A stretch of DNA of 64,000 bases. It comes from Vicugna vicugna. Its lineage: Eukaryota. Under the pieces are notes generated by a model. The model searched no databases, was not told the origin of the DNA, and saw only the letters and a list, made by a program, of their open reading frames with translations. The stretch is from assembly GCA_013265495.1 (NCBI GenBank), contig MU057809.1, positions 312,001 to 376,000 of the forward strand, in the 5' to 3' direction. Of this stretch, positions 37,651-49,259 are shown one piece after another (position 1 is the first letter of the stretch; each line of letters begins with the position of its first letter). The position numbers and the translations under genes are program-made.

Positions 37651-37695
37651 AGAGAGTGAGGATCAGAACCTTCTGAATCAAGCATGGCAACTTAC

Positions 37696-37790
37696 CTTCT
37701 TGAACGCTAAGGGACATTTATGTGCAGCATAAGTGAAGTGATCTTTACAGAAATCCTGTGTACACGCGTCACATTTTAATGGAAGAAAAT
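37696..37790 (-). CDS. ZFAND2A: ZFAND2A coding exon: (D)FLPLKCDACTQDFCKDHFTYAAHKCPLAFKK (first AN1 finger, C-terminal part)
   Basis: Acceptor ttttgttttcAG|AT, donor AAG|GTAAGT; 95 nt, phase 1/0. Confidence 0.96.
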
Positions 37791-38217
37791 CTGAAAACAA
37801 AATAGTAAACCATTTGAAAGACTAGAACCGAAGAATTACAGATCACATTAAACAGGTATTCACTTTCACTGAGTTCTCCTCAAGGTATCACACAAGAAAA
37901 AGCCGGGGGTTATGAACTTCACAATTCCACCGACACTGAAGACCTGCACAGCTATCTTTTCAAAAGAGATCCCATCTCTCATGGTATCACGTATTTAAGG
38001 CTGTGCACTTAAATCCATTTGGCCCTGGCAGCCAGCCTTGCATCTGGCAGTAGGTAGATGCTAAATAAAAATGCTGAACACAACCCAAACCTCAGGCCAG
38101 CATCCCATTACTGAGAAGCCAGAAAGGCCAAAACCCACAGAACAGCTGATGAAGCCGGTAGCCAGCTCTTCCCACAAGACAGCCATTCTTCATCGGTGTT
38201 CTCTTAAAAATGCTCAC

Positions 38218-38272
38218 CCAGCTGCTTGCAAGTCTTCTCTGAGCAATGCTTCCCCAAATCAGGAAACTCCAT
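38218..38272 (-). CDS. ZFAND2A: ZFAND2A first coding segment MEFPDLGKHCSEKTCKQL(D); the exon spans 38316-38218 including 44 nt of 5' UTR
   Basis: Kozak atcATGG; donor CTGG|GTGAGC; acceptor ttcttgtAG|GTGAC at 38317; N-terminus matches recalled human AIRAP. Confidence 0.96.
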
Positions 38273-39199
38273 GATGAGAAAGCGTCCCAAACACAGTTGG
38301 CAGAGTGGAATGTCACCTACAAGAATTAGAAACAATGAGGAGGAAAGCAATGCCGGCCCTCACTACGGTCACCAGGATCTCCAATGCAGAGGGTCCCAGT
38401 AAACACACACTGCAGGGAGCATCAAGTGTGGGGTCATCCTGGGCCCACAAATTCTTGTTTTCTAGCAAAGAGGAAAACAGGAGTTTTAGCCTAAGCACCA
38501 GCTCCCATTAGGAGATGGGCTATTTTTCAGTCCTTTTAATTCCAAGTTTATGTACCTCACCTGGAATTCAGGTTTTCATTAATCCGTATCCTGACTCATA
38601 TTGACAGGGACTTCCCATATTCAATGTACACAGTGGCCAGAGAAAATTACAGCCTCGTAAACTTTAACAATTTCATCTATTGAATTTACTTGTTGACATA
38701 AACAAAACTCTGTTACCAGGTGCTAAATCACGTTAATTGACTACACTATCCCGGAGAGATTCCACTCAGTCCCTCGCTGCTCTTTAACTCCCTTGTGCAT
38801 CGAGCTTTACTTAGAACTTAGTCCTTAACGACATGTACCTGGAACCGATCACGGGCAAGGGCAAGACGTTAATTCACCGGTGGAAAATTACTGCACCTGA
38901 GACAACTGAAGCCCACAGCACGCCTCATAGGGTCCCCTCCGCCATCTCGTACCCGCCAAACCTTCCGAAGCTCTTGCCCCTCCCAGAACACACGTCCCCA
39001 GCCCTCTTCTGGACCTGCCCATCAGCCCGCTGCCCTCCCGGGAGCGTCTCCCACGCTGTCCCCCAAGCCTGGAACACTCCGGCCACAGCTAACACCACTC
39101 CGGCCCTCGAGCCTCTATTTAAAGCGTCACTTTCTCAAAAAGGCCTTTCCTACCACCTCCCCCGCTCTGCAATCCCTTCCCCAGCAACCCACTCCTCTT

Positions 39200-40130
39200 C
39201 GTCGTCTACACTCGGCTCCACGGAGCGCAGCACTAGAGTCGGGGCTGCCCACAGCCGTGTCGGAAGAGCCGGTGAGTCCCGGCAACCCCGAGGGTGTGCT
39301 CGGAGAGCTCTCCACCAAGGGCCGACATCAGCCCCGACGGGGTCTCGCTCTCCGCGCGGCGGCTGCGGTGTGAGGGCCCCGTTCCGCTGGGCCAGTAACG
39401 CCCCGGCCGTCCGAGGTTCACGGCCCCGCCTGACCCGCGCCCCGGCGCCCCTGGCCCCGTACCTGGCCCCGTCAGACGCCCGGGCAGCCGCGGGGGGGAG
39501 CGGAAGGTGGCGGAGACCGAGAGCTCTGTCTCCCTGTCGGTGGTCAGCCGCCGAGGACAAGGCCGAAAGGACGAGGGAAACGGACTCCGAGCAGCAGCTG
39601 CGAACAGCCCGAGTCCGCGGTAAGGGCAGCATCGCGCCGTGGGCGAGTCCCCGCCATTTATTCGCACCCGCCGGACTAGCCGGCCTACGCGGCCAGGGCG
39701 CTTCCGGCGCGCCCCGACGACGTCACGGCCGGGCTGCCCAATCCCGTCCCGCCGCAGCCAGGCGTCCCCAGTGCGCCTCTGTACGTCACCGCCGGGCCGG
39801 CCAATCCCGCCAGGAGGCCCGCGCACTCCCCGCCCCTTCTCGAATAGTCTGGCAGCCTCTGGGGCCGCCGAGTCACGGTGAGACGGCTCTGCGCAGGCGC
39901 ACTGGGCGGGCCCCGTCGCGGAGGGCTGAGTCAGGGCGGGCGGGCCCGCGGGCTGGTCCCGGGGCGCGTGGGGGTCCCGGAGGAAGGGCCTGTTACAGAG
40001 CCTGAGTCACAGTGACTTCCGACGGCAGCCGAGCGGCGGGGAGAGTCCCGGGAGCCCCTCCGTCAGCTCCTCCCAGGTTCCCCAGGGGTCAGCGTGCCCC
40101 TGGTTTTCTCCGTCACGCCGCCCCCGTACG
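39200..40130. promoter_or_regulatory. CpG island / ZFAND2A promoter with CCAAT, CRE-like, HSE and ARE/AP-1 motifs
   Basis: CCAAT ~39738 and ~39801; CGTCA ~39721 and ~39784; HSE 39836-39860; TGACnnnGC (minus) at 39867-39875 and 39925-39933; TGAGTCA 40003-40009. Confidence 0.85.
39463..39630 (-). other. ZFAND2A: ZFAND2A non-coding exon 1 (5' boundary approximate)
   Basis: Donor GCCAG|GTACGG at 39462; TATA-like GAATAAAT (minus) at ~39656-39663 places the TSS near 39630. Confidence 0.65.
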
Positions 40131-40410
40131 TGTTTGTGCACTTGGTTCTGTCTACACCTGCGGATTCAGCCAACCGTGCATCCCAAGTATTGGGAAAGAG
40201 ACGAAGTTACAGAAAGCGGAAGCTGCTGGCGACTCTTTACACAGTATTTACATCGTGTTAGGTGTTACAAGCGACCTAGGGACGATTTAAAGCACACGCC
40301 TGAGTAGATCGTATGCAAATACTGCTGGAATTTTCTATAAGGGACTTGAGCATCTGTGGGTGTCAGTGTTCCCCAGGGGTCCTGGAACGAGGCCCCCCGG
40401 GGACACAGGA
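40130..40410. mobile_element. MER2 (TcMar-Tigger) element
   Basis: 'gcggattcagccaaccg...tttacatcgtgttaggtgttacaag...tatgcaaatact...tataagggacttgagcatctgtgg...ggggtcctggaac'. Confidence 0.8.
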
Positions 40411-40459
40411 TGCAGGGAGGAAAGTGTCCCAGCCCATTCCGTTTTGTAAAGGCCCACTG

Positions 40460-41005
40460 ACGCTGAGTTACCTGGTGCTCCTAGGACAGTGCCTCCAGGG
40501 GAAGTACGGGGTTAGGTTCCCGAGAGCCTCTGGTCACGTTCTCATCAAGCAACCTTTTGTTGGCCTTATGCGTGTGTTTCTATTTAAAGGCATGTTGTTT
40601 AATGTGTGTTGTTCATTTGTTAACACTGAACTCAGCTCACCTGATACAAGTATATTCTCCAAAATGTACATCACAGTCTTCTTGAGCTGAGGAAACTAGA
40701 CAGCACTTGAGAACCGGCTTGGGGCCAGTTTAGAAAAGTCTCCATCAAGAAGGACAAAAATGCAGAAACCATGGCACTACATCGGCCGCAGAAAAGGGCA
40801 CTTGCTTACAGTATCAGAACTGAAAGAAGGCAGCACCTGTCACCTTGTTCAGCCTCCACTGGTGGGGCGAGTCACAGTTCTCACCACCTGCAGGTGTCTG
40901 CAAGTAACTGTGGAAGCACTAAAAACACCGACTTTGGAGTCACAGATACACTTCAGCAAGTAGGCAAATTCACATACTGGGAAACCACAGACACTGAGGA
41001 CGGGG
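40460..41005. mobile_element. MER82-like (TcMar-Tigger) element
   Basis: 'ggggttaggttcccgagagcctctggtcac...cttcttgagctgaggaaactagacagcact...cagcaagtaggcaaattcacatac'. Confidence 0.75.
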
Positions 41006-41029
41006 AGAGAGAGAGAGAGAGAGAAGCTG

Positions 41030-42340
41030 TGCTCATCCCGGGCCCAGGATTGCAACCCATCCTGCTGTGGGTGATGTGAGGCCTCATGACTGAGTCAGAC
41101 TGGTAATGTGTCTGCGAGGCTTCTCAATTTTTTCATCTGTGAATTGGTTAGTATTTTGTAGGGAGAGATTCCGAGATCCTGCCAGGATGTTCTCCATCAC
41201 CCTCTGCAACCTTATCCTCCATCAGTGAAACACTGGTCAGTGCCACGTGGTGCTTTTTAGAATGTCCATCAATTCCTCTATGTTCACGAGTTGGCCTTCT
41301 ACTCTAAGGGAGAGGTTTCCCTTCTCTCTTTATTTGTTAATACTAACTCTAACCCTAAGAACCAGATTTACCCCCAGCATCGGGGAAGTTCAGGAGAACA
41401 TGTGGAAGTGGACAGCCAGGGCTTTGCCAGACATGGCCTTGGCCCACATCTGACCCTGATTACCAGGTCCTGACCTGCTCAAGGCCACGCCAAGCTGTCC
41501 TGAGAACCAAAGACCATCAAGTCAGAATTTTAAAAGGCAGCTTTTTTTTCGTCAGTAACTGAACCTCTGCATTCTTATAGAGAGGTGCCACCAAGCACAA
41601 GCCAGGTGACCACCATGCACCTAGGTTTCTTACCAGATCACAATTAAGGGCTTCCTGTCCTCTGAGAATTGCCCAGTGGTCGGCAAGGAGGAAGGACTTT
41701 GTGATACTTCTGACACCCTCAGGGGCAGGGAGGCTGACCTCAGAGCCTTAGTTAGCAAACCTCAAGAAGTCTACATGGTGGCGAGGAGGGTATAGCTCAG
41801 TGGTAGAATGCATGCTTAGTATGCACGAGGCCCTAGTTTCAATCCCCAGTACTGCCAATAAAATTTTTTTAATTAAAAATTTAAAACATTTTAAGTTAAA
41901 ATTTAAAATGTTTTAAATTAAAAATGTAAAAAATTTACTTGAAGAGGACAGAGTGAGCCCTTGGGCTCAAGATCACCTATGAGTAGCCTTGGAAACCGCC
42001 CCTGTCAGTCTGTCTTTCATGTCAGCACTCTGGGTCTCCATCAGTTTTCCAGTGGTATGACCATTTGGCTGTGATATTTGCTAACTCGTCTCATGACATA
42101 TGAAGAATCAAATTTCTGCTCTGAATGATCCTCCTCCCAGCTTAGGGAAAATACTAGAAGAATGGTTTGGTTTAGGAGGATCTTGGCTTAAGCCTTTATA
42201 ATGACATTGCTACCTCTACTGTCCATTTTGGCCACATCCATCGTTCTCTACAAATTAATGAATGTGCACAGTGCACCTGCAAGGTAAAATGGGTGTAAGT
42301 CCTCTTGGACCACTTGGAATTGACCATTAGTCCTTGCCAG
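41030..42340 (-). mobile_element. Highly degenerate LTR-retroelement internal remnant (RNase H-like motifs)
   Basis: Minus-strand frameshifted fragments 'EELMDILK', 'FTDG', 'VAEG' around 41180-41290; family not determinable. Confidence 0.35.
41781..41936 (+). mobile_element. tRNA-derived camelid SINE (vic-1-like) with a palindromic AT-rich tail
   Basis: gagggtatagctcagtggtagaatgcatgcttagtatgcacgaggccctagtttcaatccccagtact + AT-rich tail. Confidence 0.9.
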
Positions 42341-45300
42341 ACGTCTTACCACCACAACCTCCTACAAGGAAGGAACTGGGCTATTGCGACCAGACGCGGA
42401 GGGATACGATAGACCCAGGGCACACAGGCAGCCACTCTGGCGTCGAGGCACCAAATATTTGCTCACCTTGTACTTTCTACGGAAAGATTAATGATCAAAA
42501 GGAGAAAACTGATTAAATAAAATTCAAAGTTTATGACAAGACAAAAAATTTTTAAATCTTTTTCTTCACCTGTTTGGGCCTCCTCCCCAGGCCACCCCCG
42601 CCCTTTGGTGTGTTGTGCATCTGGTTAACCAGACCTCCTTAGGAGATAACCTTCCTCCTTAATCTTGTAAGGGGCCATGATGGCCCGTGACCCACTGCTA
42701 GCTTTGTACGTATGAATCTGGATTGTGCAAAATCATCATTTGGTCTTCACCCTGTGTTGGTTCCTGAGTGGGTTCTGAATAAGTAATAGCCAGCCTGGTT
42801 CCCCAGTGACGCAAAATCCCTTTCCCAGCCAGGCCCCTCAGCCACTCCCTGGCATCACTGCATTAAACATTAAAGCCGCCCACGATCCGGCAGCCCCATT
42901 CTGGAAACAGCAGCAGAGATTTTGTGGAGTAGCTCCGGCTGGCTGGCTGCTAGGGTTGTTCATTATTTTAATCTATGCTTATCGGCTCAGACCGCAATAT
43001 TGCTTCTTTTCCCACAAATGTTAGTTTGAATTGAGAGGGATTCAGTTCCCCATGTGGCCTGGAGAAAAGGAGGGCTGTCATTAGTGCTGGCTGCCACACC
43101 TAAGGGTGGACACTGACACAGGTGGTCTGCACCTCATCCATGTTGTCCTCCCTTTAGCCCACTGGGGACACTCAGGCCATTGCGGACCCTCCCAGAGCAG
43201 GACTCCTCTTGGCGAGACTCCCTGAGCACTGACCTTCGTGATGCCAGGGGTCCGTAGTCACGGGGAGGGGGCCGCCTGCTGTGGCAGCTGCCCTGGTCAT
43301 CACTTGACTCAGGCTTATAGGCAGTGTCATTTATACAGATGTTTTCTTCCTGTCTCTTTGTTGCTGAGCCATTCCAGGAGCAGTGATTAGATCTAGAGAG
43401 TTCTGCCTGGGGGAGAGGAAGTGAGGGGAGAGCTTGAGCTGGGAAGGGGCAGGGGAGGCAGGTGTGAGCCCCTGGGCAGCGGCCCCTGCCAGCCCCCCGA
43501 GGCCCCCGCAGCACCAGCAACCCCCTGGATTGTTTTTTGGAAAAACGCTCTGTGTCCTTCTCTGCCAGCAATTGAAACTATAAAACAGACACTAATTGTA
43601 GCAATAAATTACCAAGCCCTTCCCAACAGGCGCCTGGTCACAGGCAGCGGGGGCTCTGGGCCTGGTCAGCAGGGCAGCCTGGAGACCCCTGCTCAGCCCG
43701 GCCCCTCCAGCCCTGGCAGGAGCAGCTCCAGACAGCTTCGTGCTGGAATTCCGTTTCAGGGTGTTGGCGGGGACAGCCTGTGTTGTATCCCTGACACCTT
43801 AGGGTCCCCCTGGACAGCCAGCGGAGCCCGGCCGAGGCTGAAGGCCAGGGGCGCCGGGTCACCCAGTGAGTCACCGGCAGTGCCCGCCGTCTCTGCCGTT
43901 TCAGAGTTAGGACAGGGCCAACGGTTTGGCATCGCAGGGAAGGAGCCTCCCCTCCCCCACTGCACACGTGGACCGGGACTTTGGAATCCCGTCCGGCAAC
44001 GGCGCCAGTGTAAGCTGAAGAGGAAGTGGGCTCTGACGTCTGGGTCGCTGCCTCTTTCTGGCCGGCAGACGGACCGAGGCGGTGGAGCTCTTCCTGGATC
44101 CAAACCCACCCTCCAGGGGTTCACCTCGTGCGCCAAAGCTCCTTTCTTTTCAGTTGTCTCCCAGTCTTTTGTCCTACTCCCGAGGGGGCAGAGGTGGCCT
44201 TGCTGGAAGCCGGAGCAGTTAGCGGTGAGGCTGCCAGGGTGGGACTGGACAGGCTGCAGCTGCTCCTCATGGGGCCCCCATGGGGATTGGACACATGATG
44301 GCTGGACATCCTCCGCGTGGACAGCTGGACTCCCTACTGGGTTTTCCAGTGACTCGGTTCCTTCTGGCTTGGGATGGGTTTGCAGCTCTGACCATGGGTG
44401 CGGGCAGCCCGGGTTGAAGGTCTGGTCTCCAAGGCTAGTGCGGTGGTCACCATGAACCCCCACTAACTGTCCCCAGTCAGCGGGGACCTCTTGTCCGTCC
44501 TGGGCTCTCACGTGTCCAGTAGCGCCATCTGTCTTTTCTCTAAGACCGTCCAGCATGCAAGTGCTTCGTTCACCCGGTGGTCACTGACTCGGCACGTCCC
44601 AGGGGCCCTGAAAGCTCGTCCAGAGGGCACCTTAGAAACCCCGGCAGCTGAAGTCCATTCCCGTTCAGTCCACGCCGGAAAGAGGGGCAAAGAGGCCAGG
44701 ATGGTACCTTACGAACCAGGACAGCAGAGCTTCTGCAGAGTGTGGGGGGATGCCCGGGGAGGAGAGCGGCGCTCCGTGGAATGGGCGCAACGTGCAGTTC
44801 TGCCAGAACTCAAGCTTCCCAACCCCGCGATCAGGGGAGAAGCAGGCGGGCCCCAGCCCCCGCAGGCCGTGCTCACGCGGCCCCGCCCCTCCCCGTCCGG
44901 CCGAATGGTCTCCTTTGCTAAAAGCAGAAACACATTTGACGTCAGTCACCTGCTTCCCGCAGTAATAACTGGCAGTCACTCAGTTCCCGTGGGCGGAGCC
45001 ACGGGAGACGCGTGGGGAGCCCTTAGAAACGGCTCCGGCCGCGCTGGGCAGGGTCCACGGGAGGCGCCGTGAAGGGTGTGTGATGTGCCCGGCGTGAAGC
45101 CTCACTCCACGCCCCAATCTTTGTCACCCAGCAGAAAGCCTGGCTTTCTCCCGACCGAGCAGAGCGTGTATTTCCGTGTGAGCCTGAGGAGGGAGTCGGG
45201 TCGCTGGAGCGTCGGGCACTGGACGCAGGTGCTCTGTGGACCTGGAGCATCCTCGGGTCAAGAGGCGCTGGGATACAGGAGGTGGACCAGCATGCGGCCG

Positions 45301-45369
45301 TCTGCCAGCCACTCGGTGAAGCACGGAATTTACATCAACAGCACGTGGTTGCTCGCGGTTTTGCTGTTC

Positions 45370-45835
45370 TATTGTGGTTAAAAAAAACCCCACATAACCT
45401 ACCATTTACGGTAGTAACCATTTTTAAGTGTACGGGACGGCTGTGTTAACTACATGCATGCTGTTGTGCAGAGGGTCTCTAGAACTTTCCATCTTCTCAA
45501 ACTGAGACTCTGTCCCAATTAAACACTCACTCCCCTCCCCTAGCCCCCGGCCCCGCCCTCTGCTTTCTGTCTGTGAATCTGCCTCCTCCAGGGACTCACA
45601 AAAGTGCGGTCACGCAGTGTCGGTCCTGTGTCTGGCTTATGTCACTGAGCACCGTGTCCTCGAGGTCCCTACACGCTGCAGCAGGCGTCAGAGTTCCCCT
45701 CCTTCTTACAGCTGAACAATATTCCAGTGTGTGGATGGACTCCACTGTGTTTATGCATCTTCCACTGACGGACACCTGGGTTGCTTCCGCCTTTGGGTTA
45801 TTGTGAATAACGCTGCTGTGAACGTGGTGTGCAAA
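45370..45835 (-). mobile_element. Old L1 (L1MB-like) 3' end
   Basis: 'taaccatttttaagtgtac...tctagaactttccatcttctcaaactgagactctgtcccaattaaac...gtctggcttatgtcactgagcaccgtgtcctcgagg'. Confidence 0.8.
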
Positions 45836-46639
45836 CCAGTTGCTGGTTTTAAAGAAACACCTCAACCTTCTGAATCAGAACTTTCCTGGATATCGATGTT
45901 CTATGACTGACACGCAGAGGAGCGCGCCTGATGGTAGTGCCGCGGCTGTTTCAACGTCCTTGGAGACATAATGCTCTGATTGTTTTAGATCAAACAAGAG
46001 TCTCCCCCCGGGAGGCTCAGCCAAGTGAATAAACCACTAAAGCAGCCAACTTTTAGATTCTCAAAGGCCCTGAAAATGGAGACGACTTTTGTTCCTAAGA
46101 ACAGAAAGACAAGTCTTGTAGGCGGGTGATGCAGCAAAGAGAGAAGCGAGGGCTGCCTGCTGCTGCCCCGCTCTGTGTCCCCGAGGTGGCCCTCCTCGGG
46201 GAACTGAGGGTCAGGAGGCAGGGAGAGGTGCCCAGACCCGGGCCCTGGGCTCAGCACGGACCGGGACCTGTTGCAGCCCTTGCTCCGCTCACACGCCCTG
46301 CGTTAGGCTTTAGGTAAACCTGCAGTCTGCGGGGCGCACATGGTGCCCCGTCCGCCCCGGTGTGGACGCAGGGGCTGCTGGCCCAAAGCCCGGTTTCCAC
46401 CCCACAGCCACGTCTCTGCCCCTCTCCCGGGCCCGGCCAGCGCCTGGTGTCCACACGCCCTCAGGTGGCAAGCGCCGGTGTGCACGGGGCAAGAGTAAGT
46501 CTGACGCGATGGATTCTGGCCCCGAAGGCTGGCGATCAACCTCCCTCAGCCTTCCTGGCTCCTCCTTCATCGACGACACCCCGGGGCAGCATCTTAACAC
46601 TCACAGCTGGGCCGCGCCTCCCGGACACCGAGACACCGC

Positions 46640-47705
46640 ACCAGGCACAGTGATCCCGGCTGGGAAATGCGTGAACCGATACCGACATGCTGCTAGTAAC
46701 TCAAATCCGAAGTTCATGCTGAAGTTCCCTCCGCGACGTCCAGTTCTACGGGCCTTGACAAATGCGTACCGTCCTGCCTCCACCATTACGTTATTGCTCA
46801 GAAGAGCCTCCCTGAGCCCCGCCCGCGCGTCCTGCCCGCCCCAGCCGCTGGCCACCAGCATCCTGCTCGCTGTGGCCGCAGTCTGCCTGCTCCAGGCTGC
46901 CGTGGGGTGGACTCAGGCGGTGTGTAGCTTTCAGACAGGCTCCTTTCGCTTAGTGGTGGATACGTTTAAGGTTCCTCCCTGTCTCTTCAGGGCCGGAGAG
47001 CATGTTTCTTTTTAAGCACTGAACGGCACGCCGCCGCTGCGTGGACCGCAGTTCATTTACCCATTCACCTGTTGAAGGACATCCGGTCACCAGGTTTTGC
47101 GGTTATGAGTAAAGCTGCCTTAGACATTCACGTGCAGGCTTTTGTGTGGACGCATGTTTCAGTTCAATTGGGTGAATACTTGGGAGTGTGGCTGCTGGAT
47201 TGTGCGGTAAGAGTGCGCTTGGCTCTGTAAGAAATCGCCACCCCATCTTCCACCAGCAACGACTGGGAGCTCCTGCTGCCCTACGTCTTTACCAGCGTTT
47301 AGTGCTGCCTGTGTTTTCGCTTCCAGCCATCCTAGTAAGTGCACAGTGGTGTCGCGTTGCTGTTTTAATGTGCGTTTCCCTGGCAACGTGCGGCGTGGAA
47401 CATCCTCTCGCAAGCTTACTTACCATCTGTATCTTCCTCGGTGAAGTCTGTGCAGCCCTTCCACCCAGTTCTAAACTGGGTCTGTTTTCTTCTTGTTGCA
47501 CTTAATTTAAGAATTCCTTGCATAGTCTAAATGCAAGCTCTTTATCAGATACTTGCTTTGTAAATCTCTTCCCCCAGTCTGTGGCTGGCCTTCACTCTTT
47601 TAGCATGGTTTTCACAGAGCAGAAGGTTTTCATTTTAATGAAGTCCAACTTATCAATATTTTCTTTCACAGATCAGGTTCTTGGTGCTGTATTTAACACT
47701 TCATC
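46640..47705 (-). mobile_element. Old L1 3' region, left part (continues at 49260-49640)
   Basis: 'atttacccattcacctgttgaaggacat...gtaaagctgcc...ttttgtgtggac...gagcagaaggttttcattttaatgaagtccaacttatcaat'. Confidence 0.8.
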
Positions 47706-47709
47706 ACCA

Positions 47710-49250
47710 GCAAAAACAGACATACGGATCAGTGGAACAGAAGAGAGAGCCCAGAAATAAACCCACAGACCTATGGTCAATTAATCGTCAACAAAGGAGG
47801 CAAGAACACACAATGGAGAAAAGACAGCCTCTTCAGCAAGTGGTGCTGGGAAAGCTGCACAGCTGCGTGTAAATCAGTGAAGTTAGAACACTTAGCACAT
47901 CATACACAGAAATAAACTCAGAATGGCTTGAAGACTTAAACATAAGACAAGGCACCACAGAAATCCTAGAAGCAGACAGGCAAAACATTCTCTGACGTAA
48001 ATCTCAGCAGTGTTCTCCTAGGTCGATGTCCTAAGGCAATAGAAATAAAAGCAAAAATAAACAAATGGAACCTAATCAAACTTACACGCTTTTGCACAGC
48101 AGAAGGAAACTATAAACAAAATGAAAAGACAACCTGTGGGCTGGGAGAAAGTATTTGCAAATGATGTGACCAGCAAGGGCTTAATTTCCAAAATATACAG
48201 ACGGTTCACATAACTCAAACTGAAAAAAAAACTCAATCAAAAAAACGGACAGAAGACTTAAATAGATATTTCCCCAAACAAGACATACGGATGGCAACAG
48301 GCATGTGGAAACATGCTTAGCATCACTAATTATCAGAGAAATGCAAATCAAAACCACAATGAGGCATCACCTCACACCAGTCAGAAGGGCCATCATCAAA
48401 GAGTCTACAAATAATAAACGCTGGAGAGGGTGTACAGAAAAGGGAGCCCTCCCACACTGCTGGTGGGAATGCAGTTTGGTGCAGCCACTGTGGAGAGCAG
48501 TCTGGGTCTGGGGGTTCCTTAAAAAACTGAAAATAAAGTTATCATACGATCCAGCAATCCCACTCCTGGGCGTATAACTGGAAAAGACACACGCACTCTG
48601 ATGTTCGTAGCGGCGCTATTCGCAATAGCCAAGACGTGGAAACATCCTTAATGTCCATGGACAGGTGACTGGATAGAGAAGACATGATAGATACATAAAA
48701 TGAAATGCTACTCAGCCATTAAAAAAGAATGAAACAATGCCATGGCAGCAACATGGATGGAGCTGGAGATTATTGTACTGAGTCAAGTAAGTCAGAGAAA
48801 GACAAATACTACATCACTTAGATGTATAATCTTAAAAAAGACAATACAAATGAACTTATTTACAAATCAGAAACAGACTCACAGACATGGAAAACAAACT
48901 TACGGGTACCAGAGGGGAAGGGGTGGGCCCAGGGATAAGTTAGGAGTTTGGGGCTAACAGATGGACACCACTGCATATAAAATAGATGAACAAGTTCATA
49001 TTGTACAGCACAGGGAACTATATTCAATATCTTGTAGTAACTATGGTGAAAAAGAACATGAAAACAAGTATGTGCATGTTCACGTGTGAATGAAGCTTGC
49101 GCTCACACCAGAAATTGACACAACACTGTAAACTGACTGCACTTCAGTAAGTAGATACACACCCAAAACCCTATCATGGAAAAGAATCTGAAGCTGTACA
49201 CCTGAAACTAACACAATACTGTAAATCAACTGCAGGAAATTTTAAAATAA
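47710..49250 (+). mobile_element. Younger 5'-truncated L1 (~1.5 kb, ORF2 3' part + 3' UTR) inserted into the old L1
   Basis: 'aaaaacagacatacggatcagtggaacaga...gagcccagaaataaacccac...gaaatgcaaatcaaaaccacaatgagg...gatccagcaatcccactcctgggc'; degenerate TSD acttcatcacca / actttaccacca. Confidence 0.9.
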
Positions 49251-49259
49251 ACACAAACT

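Noticed and set aside
38833..40005. 390-aa plus-strand ORF
   Set aside because: Antisense across the ZFAND2A CpG island, low-complexity, no recognisable homology
41788..41856. tRNA-Ala-like genes (also 11894, 28400, 34110, 37500)
   Set aside because: Broken stems, A-rich tails and TSDs identify them as SINEs, not tRNA genes
42470..42740. Possible ERV1-type LTR fragment
   Set aside because: Only a vague resemblance; I could not define termini or a TSD
43421..45072. 344-, 266- and 193-aa ORFs
   Set aside because: Same GC artefact; mostly non-ATG starts and no domain similarity
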